This document shows positions 38,900 to 51,878 of a stretch of 64,000 nucleotides of DNA, piece by piece. The notes beneath the pieces are model-generated. The model was not told the DNA's origin. It searched no databases and was given only the letters and a program-made list of their open reading frames with translations. Position numbers and translations under genes: made by a program. Every line of letters begins with the position of its first letter. Within the stretch, counting starts at the first letter, position 1. This DNA comes from Mobula hypostoma. Its lineage: Eukaryota. The stretch is taken from NCBI RefSeq assembly GCF_963921235.1, contig NC_086123.1, positions 30,194,001-30,258,000 of the forward strand, read 5' to 3'.

Positions 38900-41070
38900 A
38901 AAGACCTTAAGATTACAAGCCGTAGGAGCAGAATTAGGCCACTCGGTCCATCAAGTCTGCTATGCTATTCCATCATGGCTGATTTATTATCCCTCTCAAC
39001 CCCATTCTCCTGTCCTCTCCTCGTAACCTTTGACACCCTGATAAGCCAAGAACCTCTCAATTAAAGTCTGCCATGAGCCTTGTGGCCCATCAGGCTGGTG
39101 CTTATGCCGGTTTCCATGGCGTGAAGCAACTAAAGAGTACGAGACTCTCACCTGGATAGGACGCCAGCATTTTTGCCGGTACCCATTCTCAGCTGGGTAG
39201 ACTGGAGCATTGTGTGGTTAGGTGCTTTGCTCAAGGACACACACACTGCCTTGGCTAAGGGTCAAACCCACGACCTTCAGATCGCTAGTCCAACACCCTA
39301 ACCACTTGGCCATGCACCACACAAGAACCTATCAACCTCTGCTTTAAATATACTCAATAGCTTGGCCTCCACAGACATCTGTAGCAATGAATTCCACAAA
39401 TTCACCACCCTCTGGCTAAAGAAATTCTTTCTCATCTCTGTTCTAAAGGGAAGTCCCTTTAATTCCCAGGCTGTGCCCTAGACTCACGCACCACAGGAAA
39501 CATTCTCTCCACATCCACGCTGTCGAGGCCTTACAAAATTTGATATGTTTCTATGAGATCCTCCTTCATTCTTCTAAGTTCCAGCGAGTCCATCAAATGC
39601 TCCACATGCATTAATCCTTTCATTCCCAGAATAATTCTTGTAAGGCTCCCCTGGACCCTCTCCAATGCCAGCACATCCTTCTTTCAATAAGGGGCCCAAA
39701 ACTGTTCACAATGCAATAAATGCGATCTGACCAATGCCTTAAAAAGCCTCAGCATCTTATATTCAGGTCCTTTTGAAATGAATGCTAGCATTGCATTTTC
39801 CTTCACTCCTTCTGTCTCAACCTGGATTCACTCCAGGGAATTCTGCAAGGGGATACCCAAGTCCTTTTGCAACCCTGGTCTTTGAATTTTCTCCCCGTTT
39901 AGAAAAGTGTATGCCTTTATTCCTTCTACCAAAGTGCATGACCATACACTTCCTTACACTATATTCCATCTGCCACTTGTTTGTCCATTCTCTCAATCTG
40001 TCCAAGTCCTTCTGCAGACTCCCTGCTTCTTCAACACTCCCTGCCCCTCTCTCCAACCACCTTTGTATCCTCTGCAAACTTGGCCCAAAGCCATCAAATC
40101 TGTCATCCAAATATTTGACACAGAATGAGAAAAGAAGTGGTCCCAATACCAAGCCCAGCGGAACACCATTTGTCACTGGCAGCCAACCAGAATAGGCCCT
40201 CTTTATTCTCATTCTTTGCTTGCTGCCAATCAGCCGATCTTCCATCTCTGTTAGTATTTTTTCTGTAATCCATGGGTCCTTACCTTGTTAAGCAGCCTCA
40301 AAGGCCTTCTGAAAATCCAAGTAAACCGCATCCACTGATTCTCCTTTGTCTATCCTGCCTGTTTTTACTTTAAGGAATTCCAACAGATTTGTCAGGCAAG
40401 ATTTCCCTTGAAGGAAACCATACTGCCTTTTGCCTACTTCATCATACACCTCCAAGTACCCCGAAACCCCAATCGACTCAACATCTTCCCAACCTGAAGT
40501 CAGGCTAATTGGCCTATAGTTTCCTTTCTTCTGCCTCCCTGCTTTCTTAAAGAGCTGAATGACATTTGCAATTTTCCAGTCTTCCAAAACCATTCCAGAA
40601 TCTAGTGATTCTTGGAAGATTATTACTAATGCCTCCAACAATCTCTTCAGCTACCTCTTTCAGAACATTGGGGAGTAGTCCATCTGGTACAGGTGACCTA
40701 TCTACATTCAGACCTTTCATCTTCCAAAGCACCTTTTCCTTAGGAAGAGCAATGACACTCACTTCTGCCCCCGATACTCAAATTTCTGGTAATGTCCTCC
40801 ACAGTGAAGACTGACACAAAATACTTAAGTTCATCCAGCATTTCTTTGTCCCCATTAGTACCTCTCCAGAGTCATTTTCCATTCGTCCAATATCCACTCT
40901 CACCTTTCTTTTACTCTTTAAACATCTGAAAAAACTTCTGGTATCCTCCTTGATATTACTGGCTAGTTTACTTTCACGATTCATCTTTTTTTCTCCTTGT
41001 ACTTGTTTCATTTGCCTAATGTTGGTTTTTAAAAGCTTCCAAAAAACTTCCAACTAATTTTTGCTATATT
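38900..41070 (-). mobile_element. Degenerate CR1 LINE
   Basis: ORF remnants DWKIANV, GNYRPISLTS, YLDFQKAF, GVPLGLVLGP and WQMEYSV. Confidence 0.9.
39061..39321 (-). mobile_element. tRNA-derived SINE nested in the CR1
   Basis: 14-bp TSD caagaacct(c/a)tcaa (39047-39060 / 39322-39335); tRNA-like head shared with the copies at 59038 and 62075. Confidence 0.8.
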
Positions 41071-42983
41071 AAACATAAATATTGCACAATATTTACAAGA
41101 AATAACACAATTAGAACAAAAAAAGTTCGTTTTAGTGCAATGTAATCAAAGTGGCTCAAAAACGGAACAGTTGAAGGGAAGTAGCTGTTCTTGAAACTGC
41201 TGGTTCAGTTTTGCTCGCAATCATTGCTTCGGATTGTATTTGTTAGTGATAACTTGGCCATTGCTATTTACACGATACTCCAGTGCAGTTTATATTTCCT
41301 GTCCCTTCACCACTTCCTTTTACCATGAACTATTTTAGTCTTCCAACCTGACAAAGATCAGCCATCTCGACCTTTCCTCACCCCATTTTCCCACCCTCTT
41401 TATCTGCTTAAATACTGAGTGAAATCTAACACAAAACTTTAAGCTGCTCCTAGTGCACACACATGCCATTAGACACGTTCAAAATTGCACATTTCCTTTT
41501 TCACACTGTAAGCGTGGTGTCTCCAAGTTACTCTCTGTTGTCTGTGATGACCATTCCTCCTCCAGAGAATGGAGGGTTGGTTGGAGACTGGTGGGATGAA
41601 GGAGTGGGGGGGTGCAGAAGAGAAATTCCAGCCAGGAAATCTCCACCGGACTACTGGCAACCCCTACCTTTATGGGGCAGAAGGTGGGATGTATGACGCT
41701 TTCTTGGAAGATGGTCGATACTGCAATCTTCCATAACATCATCCATGTCAAGAAACATAAGTTTTAAAAGAATGCTTTATGTTTAATTAGTTACTTCTTT
41801 TTCAGGTAAATTCAATTAAAGCAAATTTTATTCCATATCTCAAATTTAAGGGTCACGATTTATGGATCCTGCAAGGGCAAATGACCTGAATGGCCATAAC
41901 GCAGGGGTGACCAGCACTCCGCCATGTTTCCGAGGAGACAATGAAAGCATGTCTGAACCAGTCCACCAATCCTCACACTCATTAGAGGAAAGGAACAGGC
42001 AAGTATGGATGGAAAGTACAGAGCAGTGTTGCTTAGGCCATACTTGGTACCCTTCTCACTGCTGCCATCAGGAAGAAAGTCACAGGAGCTTCAGGGCTCA
42101 CAGAATTTTGCAAAATTTACAGAATTGGACCAGTTCCATCTGCTGCTTCCACGGGACCTCCCTCCCTTGCAAACCTCCACCAGGTTGTTTCTCCTTGCAT
42201 TGATCTCACTTTTTCTTAAATGGATCTGTATCACCTTCCTCCATTATTCCTCGTGGACATTCAATCTACTCTCCTGGCAAAGTAATCTCTCCTGAATTTC
42301 CCATTAGATTTATTAGTTCCTCTTTTTTTTGCATGCAGTCAGTCCTCAGGTTATGCTGGAGTCATTTCTGAGAACTGCCCATAGCTTATTTCTCCCAAGG
42401 CAGAAGCATCCGGTTTTGTATCAGTGTTTGTATCCTTAGTATAGTTTTTCATTTCAATGAACAATCACCCTAACTCTACCCACAATTAAACTGATGTTGA
42501 TATATACTGTATTCAGTCATTAACCAGCATCACAAAACATTTTGTTATTATTATCACTAACTTAATAAATGTTATTAAAATATATGGGAGAATCTGTGCA
42601 GTCAAATTTCTGTACATCATGTCAATTGTAACAGATGAAACTCTGTACACCCATAGTTTATAGTTTTCACAAAATAATCTGCAGATGCTGGGGTCAAAGC
42701 AACACACACAACACGCTAGAGGAACTCAGCAGGTCAGGCAGCATCCGTGGAAACGATCAGTCAACGTTTTGGGCCGAGACCCTTCGTCAGGACTGAAGAG
42801 GGAGGGGGCAGGGGCCCTATAAAGAAGGTAGGGGGAGGGTGGGAAGGAGAAGGCTAGTAGGTGCCAGGTGAAAAACCAGTAAGGGGAAAGATCAAGGGGA
42901 GGGGAAGCAGGGAGGGGAATTTTTTTCCACGAATTCCAAACCTCAGTATTCAAACACTAGAAAGCAATATGACACTTTTGAAA

Positions 42984-43214
42984 ACAACAGGAATTCTGCA
43001 GATGCTGGAAATTCAAGCAACACACATCAAAGTTGCTGGTGAACGCAGCAGGCCAGGCAGCATCTGTAGGAAGAGGTGCAGTCAATGTTTCAGGCTGAGA
43101 CCCTTCGTCAGGACTCCTGGTGACGAAGGGTCTCGGCCTGAAACGTCGACTGCACCTCTTCCTACAGATGCTGCCCGGCCTGCTGCGTTCACCAGCAACT
43201 TTGATGTGTGTTGC
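42984..43214. mobile_element. Palindromic Penelope-derived mini-insertion, family A, copy 3
   Basis: 94-bp inverted arms (43017-43110 / 43121-43214); 14-bp TSD tgacacttttgaaa (42970-42983 / 43215-43228); hammerhead motifs on both strands, each damaged. Confidence 0.88.
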
Positions 43215-46075
43215 TGACACTTTTGAAATGCAGCCACTTATAACTGGATCATGTCAGCAATTTCCCACACACATCAATGCGACAATGGCCACATCATCTG
43301 TTTTAGTCCTCTTGGTTGAGGAATAAACATTGACCAGGCCATACAGGAAACTAACGTTCCACTTACTCAAGCAACACACATGCAGACTGCTGGAGGAACT
43401 CAGCATTTAGCGTCAAAGTTTCAAGCCGAGGGTTCCATCAGGGTGTATCTTTATCCTGATGAACGATCTTGGCCAGAAACCATTCATTTCCTTCCACAGA
43501 TGCTGCCTGACCTGCTGAGTTCCTCCAGCATTTTGTGTCTGTTGCTCAAGCTTTCCAGCATCTGCAGAATCACTTGTATATCTTGCATCCCATTGAAGGC
43601 TTAAAGGTTCGAAGGTTCATATTATTGCCAAAAGTATGCTTGTGGAATACAACTCTGATATTTATCTTCTCCAGATAGCCATGAAATACTGAAAAACCAT
43701 GCCATTTGTTGAAAGAAAAGGCATCAACACCCCTCCACCACATGAAAAAGTAGAAGAAACAAGAAGTCACTAACCCCAAAACACCCATCCCTTCCCTCAC
43801 ACAAAAACAAGCATACCGCCCACCCGGAAAACAGCAGCAAGATGATCAAATATCCCAAACCCCCAACTCCAGGGCCAATAATGTCAGACCCCCAACACCC
43901 TCCCCCACAAAAAAAGAACAGCGACAATACCATCAGACCCCAGCCTCCTTTCAGAGTCTTGTAGACACAAAAGATCCCATGATGCTTTTCAAACGAGATC
44001 AAGGAAGTTATTATCAGTGCCCCGGATTCACAAAAAAAGGAGAATACTGTATCTGGTTGGTTCACTCTTGCTTAAGGATGCACTCTGTGCTCACACTGGT
44101 TACATTTAGAATCTCAATAATACTGAAATCACCTCAGAAAGACACTGGATCACCAAGATAAAGATGACCAGTTAAAGTGTGGAGTTAAAGGCAAGAGAAT
44201 GATATCAAAAGGGAAAAAAAACATCAGGACATGATGGAACATGGGGGGGAATCTCCTTCACTCAAAGGGTGGTGTGAGTGTGGAACAAGCCGCCAGTGAA
44301 AGTGGTGGATGCCATTTTGATTTCAACGTTCGAGAGAAGTTTGGATAGGTACATGGACGGGAGGGGTAGAGGGGTATGGAGGGCTATGGTCAGGGTGCAG
44401 GTCGATGGGACTAGGCAGTTTAGATGGTCCAGCACAGACTAGAGGGGTTGAGGGGCCTGTTTCTGTACTATAGTTTCCTATGACTCAATGACTTTCAATT
44501 GCCAGACAACTGCACGATACATTCTAGTCTATCTGACAAACCAGGAAATGTGAATGTCTGGCTAACGTTCTGATAGACAGCAAGTGCTACTTTGCTGACA
44601 AACGTCATGACAATTACTTGCAGTTTGGCAGATGGCGCATTTAACATTAGAAAATGTCCCCGTTGGGTTTTAATTGGACCAAAACTCAACCATACTAAGG
44701 AAAGACTCATTCAGAGACAGAGCTTTATTAACAGGAGACAATTGAGGTGATTGACTCCACGGCAGCTACACTAACTAATCCCACTTCCCAGCTCTTGGCC
44801 CACAACCTCGGTCAGAGATTGATTATATTGGGGTGGTACAGTAGCACTGCTGTTAGCATAACATTATTAAAGCATCAGTGACCACGTTCAATTCTGCTAC
44901 TGTCTGTAAGGGGTTTTTACGTTCTCCCTGTGACCGTGTGGGTTTCCTCCAGGTGCTCTGGTTTCCTCCCACAGTCCAAAGACATGCAGGTTAATAGGTC
45001 ACCCGGATGTACTGGGCATCGCTAGATGGGGGAGAAGGGCCTGTTACTATGCTGAATCTCTAAATAGGTATATAAATTATCCCCAAGGAGAGAGAGTTGG
45101 AAAGATAGGAGTTTTATGGAGAGAACTTCAGAGCTCAGATCTGAAGACATAGCCATTGTTTGTAGGATAATGAGACTCCACGATAACAGTTAGAGGACGC
45201 AGGGTTGTGGCTATGGAGCAGTCAGTGAAGATAGCTATAGGGCAGAGGATACATTTCAAGGATGTGCTCAAAAGTCCCAGAACATTTCCACTAAGTGATG
45301 GAATTCTTGACATGACCAATTAAAATGGACCAGCACTCAGGATGGTGTTGAGAAATTCAAATGGCCAGAGAAAATCATACAAAGAGTACACCAGCTGACT
45401 AGCTATCCCCATGCTCTTGACATCAAAGCACCTCGTAAACCACCCTGGCCAGGGTTCCACATCGGACACCAGAGGTCCCACAGAACTGGGGTGGAAACAA
45501 GTCCTTGATCCCAGAGAACTGCCAGAGAAAACAAAAGGAAAAGGATAGGAAGGACTGTGTCTATGGAAGGATTGAAGTAAGTGGATAACTATTTATCTCA
45601 TGTCCAGGAACAATAACTGTTTTGGCTAAACTTAACTATGCACATTAAACTGAAGCTGAATCCTTTCTACCAGCGAGTTGAAAACTGCCCCAGCTGGATT
45701 GCCTTTTCAGTTCATCCTGCCATCTGCTGGTAGAAATATGTACTACAGCATGTAGAAAACAGCAATCAGAAGCTGGTTCAATTCTCCACCTACAAGCATA
45801 TCTTTTTCATATTGGAGCAGGGTTACAGAAACAAGCACAAGTTAAAGTCTTCTGCATAGTGAGAGGAGGAGGAAAGAAAAATAAGCATGCTTTGAAATCA
45901 AGTACAGCTGATTTAGAAGGAGGTGAAAGCATTATCTGATGCATTTTATCAGGTCATTTTCTGGATACAGCAGAATGTTGGAATTACGGAGTACATTTAT
46001 CCCTATCTATGACGGGCAGATCTCAAAATCTAGATCATAGATACCTCGATGTCCTGAATAACTCCCAAACTTGTT

Positions 46076-46239
46076 TGAATAAACTTTTCTCGGGCTTCCA
46101 ACAGGGTACAGGTATTGATTTTAACCAATGTTTTGCTGAGAAACTCCGCCATCTTCATCAGGGATGATGCCTAGGCATGTCTAGTCCGGGGGTATTTATA
46201 CCTCCATCATCTGTCCCTGGAAAGCACTAGATCCTTTTC
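46076..46239 (-). mobile_element. Probable Penelope pseudo-LTR fragment of a third family, with a decayed hammerhead
   Basis: Minus strand reads CTGATGA-agatggcggagtttctcagc-AAAAC-att; flanked by the 12-bp direct repeat cccaaacttgtt (46064-46075 / 46240-46251). Confidence 0.5.
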
Positions 46240-48382
46240 CCCAAACTTGTTCGTTCGTTATATGCCTCATCATATGATATAGGTGATCATGGTCTCATGA
46301 CCGTGATTGTTCTTGGCAAATTTTTCTACAGAAGTGGTTTGCCATTGCCTGGTGCCAGTGGTCACGAAACTGGGGCTTGTAATATGCACCAACTGCTCAT
46401 ACGACCATCCACCACCTGCCCCCGTGGTTTCACCTGACCCTAATCAGCGGGAGGGGCTAAGCAGGTGCTACACCTCGCCCAAGGGTGACCTGCAGGCTAG
46501 CGGAGGGTAGTAGCACCAGACACCTGCTTTGGTAGAGACGTATCTCCACCCCAACATCCAACTCCCAAATTACCAAGCCCAAAACCCCCAAACTGGTTAT
46601 GAACATACTAATTAGGAGCAAGAATAGGCTGCCCAATGCACAGTCCACTCCCTCATTCAGTAAGATCATGGCTAGTTTGATTGTAGTCTTGTCTCTATTT
46701 TGCTCACTCAATAATCTTAAAAAAGACAAAGTTTCCCACCCATATCAAACCAGTATCCAGTTTTCATCTCTCCTCCATTAGCAAATGGATGGCAATACAT
46801 CACAGCCTGGTATGGAATCAACAATGGCCTTGCATGGAAAATCCTACAGAAGTAGTGGATATTGTCCAGTCCATCACAGGTAAAGCCCTCCCCACCATTG
46901 AGCACATCACCACATAACACTGGTGCAGGAAAGCAGCATCCGTCATCAGCGACTTCCACCACCCAGGACACGTTCTCTTCTCACTGCTACCATCAGGAAG
47001 GTGGTACAGGAGCCTCAGGACTCACACCACCAGGTTTAGGAACAGTTACTACCCCTCAATCATCAGGCTCTTGAACCAAAAGGGTTAACTTCACTTGCCC
47101 CATCATTGAAATGTCCCCAGAACCTATGGATTCACTTCCAAGGACTCATCTCATGTTTTTGATATTTATTGCTTATTATTTATTATTATTATTTCTTTCT
47201 TTTTGTATTTGCGCAGTATGTCTTCTTCTGCACACTGGTTGAACGCCCAAGTTGGGCAGTCTTTCATTGATTCTGTTATGGTTATTAACCAATAGATTTA
47301 TTGAGCATGCCCACAAGAAAATGAATTGTAGGGATGTATATGATGACATATATGTAACTTTGATAACAACTCTGAATACATTATTTGCACCAGCAACAAC
47401 TCTGACAAAATACTCAGGTCAGCATCAAGTCCCACTTCATTTATTTCAGACCAAAGTCCTCAAAGTTTGAACTTTTTGTTTTAGGGACTTCACACAAATG
47501 GGAATAATTGCAGTCTCCATCCACTTTGGTGGGAACCGGTATCAAAATAACTTTTTAACTCTCTAGTTTCACCTGTTAAGTCAGTCTTAAACATCTTGCC
47601 TGCTTGACGACAATCCTATATCTCATTTACTCTCCTCTCCTAAGGACATGAATTTCTTTCTAGCTCTCAAACTGTGCAGTTGTGCTGATATTTGTCGATA
47701 CTTGGTATCTCATTCGGCTGTTAAGAATTAACTCAGACTCAAAATAAACAAGACAATACGAACAAAATCCAAAGGCAAAATCACAAACAAAAGTACTAGA
47801 AATGGAACTCCTACAATTGAGCACAGAGTGTCTGTCTGTATCTTGTTTTACGGCGGTTGGCATCCAGCTTAATGGTGCATTACAGCCACGAGCACAGAGT
47901 GCTGAGCATGAGGCCTTTAAGTGCAGACTTTCCATGAAGGAATGTGGCAGGCAACAATTGGCAGTTTGAGTCTTAAAGGGATAGTGACAGATAGCCATAC
48001 TCCAGGGAACTGGAGCACTGAAACTTCCGTCTGCCACTGTCCGGTCAGGACCATGACGGAAGTAATAATGTTGGCAGAATACACCAGCAGAGACACATCC
48101 ATGTCAATCACAATTCTGTCCCAAACCAACATCTGCACAGAAAGATTTCCACGATGATTCCGCTTAGTACTACAGTCGGTTACACAGCACTAAGCCATTA
48201 TTGATACCTGTTGCAAGTCAGAAATGAACTACCCAGGGTTTAGTGGTAACACCTTTCATGGTGGGTTTGCCCACAGCAGGCACCAAAACTTATCAGCTCA
48301 ATCACATAGAAGAGAGTACATATCGCCCATGAAGCCAGCTCCTGGCCAGGATGGAACTTACACCATAAACTGGCTTGCATAT

Positions 48383-48530
48383 CAATGGCTGCACCAACTG
48401 CCTGCCATCCACGGCCGCACTGATCACCTGATCTCAACAGCCGCACCAACCGCCTGACGTCAACAGCCGCACCGACCGCCTGACGTCAACAGCCGCACCA
48501 ACTGCATGCATAACGACAGCTGCACTGACA
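48383..48530. repeat. 26-bp tandem repeat (2 near-perfect plus several degenerate units)
   Basis: caacagccgcacc(a/g)accgcctgacgt at 48435-48460 and 48461-48486, partial from 48487. Confidence 0.85.
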
Positions 48531-51140
48531 GATCGCCTGTCCACAGTGACACCCACTACCTGTCTGCCTGATCCTCAGCAGCACCCACACAACAACCCAC
48601 TTCCATCACGCAGACACCAGTATCACACTTCATTGTGAAAGCTAGCTCTTACTGCTTTGTGGACTGGACATTTGCCCCACTGTAGTTCGCGTCCAGAGTG
48701 GGTCTTCTCTTCATTTTGTTTCTTGCCCTTTACAGCCAGGTGAAGCATATCCCCAATTGACCGCCTCGTGGTCTTTCGGAAATCCACACTTGGTTCCTTT
48801 TGTACAGGCTGGGAATCCTATCGCACACAAAGCCAGGTAAGTGGTATCAGAAAATGACATTTAAACTCTGTGTTAACAGTACGCACATCGCATATTGTTC
48901 AATGCAAATAGTTAAGAGAAATGCAGGTGCCACTAATGCAACATTACTTTCGTTCTCAGTAATTACTCCTCCCCAGCAACACACACAAAATGCTGGAGGA
49001 ACTCAGCAGGTCAGGCAGCATCTATAGAAAAGAGTAGATAGCTGATGGTTCAGGCCAAGACTGGAATAGAAGGATCAGACTGGAATAGAAGTGGGGTAAA
49101 AGCCAGAATAAAAAGGTGGGGGGGGAGGGGAAGGAGGATATTCATGCTATCAGGATGGAGGCTACCCAGATGGAATATAAGGTGTTGCTCCTCCACCTTG
49201 AGGGTGGCCTCATCTTGGCAGAAGACTTGTCCCCATTTACGAAGTTAAACCCAGGGGCGTGGGACATAGTGTATGGACATAACAAAGAACTTCATTTCCC
49301 AGTGGGCAATACGGGTGGTTCACCCAGAACTAGAAGAGAAGTTGGTAAGCTGGTTGCACACACTTGTGTCGAGCTGCAAGCCACTAACAGTGAAAAACTG
49401 TTTTACCACGCTGTTTGTACCTATTAAGAACAAACATAACAAACTCTCCGGCAATGCAGTGATATTCAAAACTGAGCAATTGTAGTGATTAAACAAATTA
49501 GTCCATCCAAATCTTTGTCGCTGGGAAGACACAGAATTCAAGATAGACTGCTATGTATGAATAAAAGATATCCCTCTAGCCTCTGGCAATGCAGGAGATG
49601 ACAGTGGCCGAAGATGGTCTGACCTGGGGTTGGAGAATGACGTACGTGCATTTGAGAGGAACGGGGACTTCTTTTGCTGTTGTTGCTTGTTGTGTTCTGC
49701 AGAGCAGGTTGGGCACGCTATCTAGGTTCCAGACCATGAGGCGACAATTGCAGGCCGCCCTCATCACATCACTGGGTTATTAATGTTTGTTATTAATGCG
49801 AACGACGCGTTTCACTGTACGTTTCAACGCACATGTGCTAAATAAATGGATCTTAACCTGAATCTGAATTTGGTTGTAAGCAAACCAACCCTCTTAATCG
49901 GGCACCAGCAGACACACTTGTATGTCTACAATGCATTCACAGAAACACCCAAATGGACTTCATTACAACTCTGTGGCAAACAGATTTCTGAATGACTTGG
50001 CAATGATGCATGTTATTTCCACCCTCCCCCCCACCATCTGTTCCCCATTCCGGCCTCTTACCTCTTCTTACCTGCCTATCACCTCCCCCACATCCCCTCC
50101 TCCTTCCCATTCTCCTCTCCTATCAGATTCCCTCCTCCCCAACCCTTGACCTTTCCCACCCACATGGCTATCACCTTCCAGTTATCCTCCGCCCCACGGT
50201 TTTATTCTGGCATCTTCCCGCTTTCTCCTCAGTCCTGAAGAAGGGTCTTGGCTGAAACCAGCATGGAGATCTCACAAAATCAGAGCAAAACCGTAATTGA
50301 ACCAACTTGGTAGATAGTGATGAGAAAGGAAAATTAAAGAGAGTTACTTTGCAATGCGATAGGAAGCTACACTTCGAGTGCTATGTATAGGTTTGGTCAC
50401 CCTGCTACAGGAAAGATGTTATTAAATTAGAAAGGGTGCAGAGACGATTTACCCAGAAGTTGTTTGGATTTGGGATCCTGACCTACAAGGAGAGGTTGCA
50501 TGGACTAAGATTTTGTTCCTTGGAACGTAGCAGATTGAGGGGTGACCCGAGAGAAGTATAAAATACCGTGAGGTCCACAGGTAGGTGAAGGTCATTATCA
50601 TCATTATGTGCCGTGTTGTATGACGTGGGTGATCACGGTCTCATGATCATGATTGTTCTTGGCAAAATTTTCTACAGAAGTAGTTTGTCATTGTCTTCTT
50701 CTGGGCAGTGTCTTTACAAGACGAATGACCCCAGCCATGATCAATACTCTTCAGAGATTGTCTGCCTGACGTCAGTGGTCACATAACCAGGACTTGTGAT
50801 GTGCACCAGTTGCTCACACGATCATCCACCACCTCCTCCCATGGCTTCATGTGACCCTGATCGGGGGGTCTAAGCAGCAGCTACACCTTGCCCAGGAGTG
50901 ACCTGCAGGCTAGCGGAGGGAAGGAGAACCTTACATCTCCTTTGGTAGAGACCTATCTCCACCCCCACCCAAGAGGAAGGTACATAGTCTTCCCAGAGAT
51001 GGCTTAAGATCATAGGTAAGAGATTTGAAAGGGACATCAGGGGTGGCTTCTTAATGCAATCTATGGAGTTTTTTAGTAATGCACTGCCAGAGCTACTGAT
51101 TGAGACAGGCACATTAGCAACAGTTAAAAATGATCTTGAT

Positions 51141-51220
51141 CAGCGGTTCCCAACCTGGCGTCCACGGACCTCTCGGTTAATGGTAAGGCTCCTTAGCATA
51201 AAAAAGGCTGGGAACCCCTG
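51141..51220. mobile_element. 80-bp hAT-type MITE
   Basis: TIRs cagcggttcccaacc / ggctgggaacccctg; 8-bp TSD atcttgat / atctagat. Confidence 0.8.
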
Positions 51221-51645
51221 ATCTAGATAAATATATGGATAGGAGAGGTTCAGAGGACTATGGGCAGATGGTTTGCTGAACAACACGGTCAGTACGGATA
51301 AGATGGACCGAGGGGTGTGACTATGACGAGGAAGAGAAGGAAGAACATAAAGGGGAAAAGGAGGAGGAAGGGAGGGAGAAGCAGGTAGTGGGGGAGAGGT
51401 GAAGTGAGGGAGAAATGGAAGAATGAGAAGGATGTAGGAGAAGGAGAGGAGGGGCAGGGGAAAAAAGTCTACAAACAGCCCACGCTCAGTGTCTTTCGAT
51501 TCAGGCTCTTGTGCAGAAACACCACATTGGAATGAAGATCCTGACTGGGATTCTTCATACGTTGGAGAACTTCACACCAGAACTGTAGCATTGACTAAAT
51601 TTGGAAACCTCAGGGAAGATAAATAAACCAGGATTTTGTGGGGAA

Positions 51646-51878
51646 GCCACATACATCAAAGTTGCTGGTGAGAGGCACAGTCGACGTTTTGGGCTGAGAC
51701 CCTTCGTCAGGACTAACTGAAGGACTAACTTCCTTCAGTTAGTCCTGACGAAGGGTCTCAGCCCAAAACGTCGACTGTGCCTCTTCCTAGAGATGCTGCC
51801 TGGCCTGCTGCGTTCACCAGCAACTTTGGTATGTGTGGCTTGAATTTCCAGCATCTGCAGAATTCCTCGTGTTTACGT
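51646..51878. mobile_element. Palindromic Penelope-derived mini-insertion, family A, copy 4
   Basis: Perfect 54-bp inverted repeat (51671-51724 / 51731-51784); 12-bp TSD ttttgtggggaa (51634-51645 / 51879-51890). Confidence 0.88.

Noticed and set aside
22706-51784. Selection against hammerheads in the host-sense orientation
   Set aside because: All minus-strand motifs are damaged, but most plus-strand ones are too. The lesions fit ordinary CpG decay or truncation, and the sample is too small.
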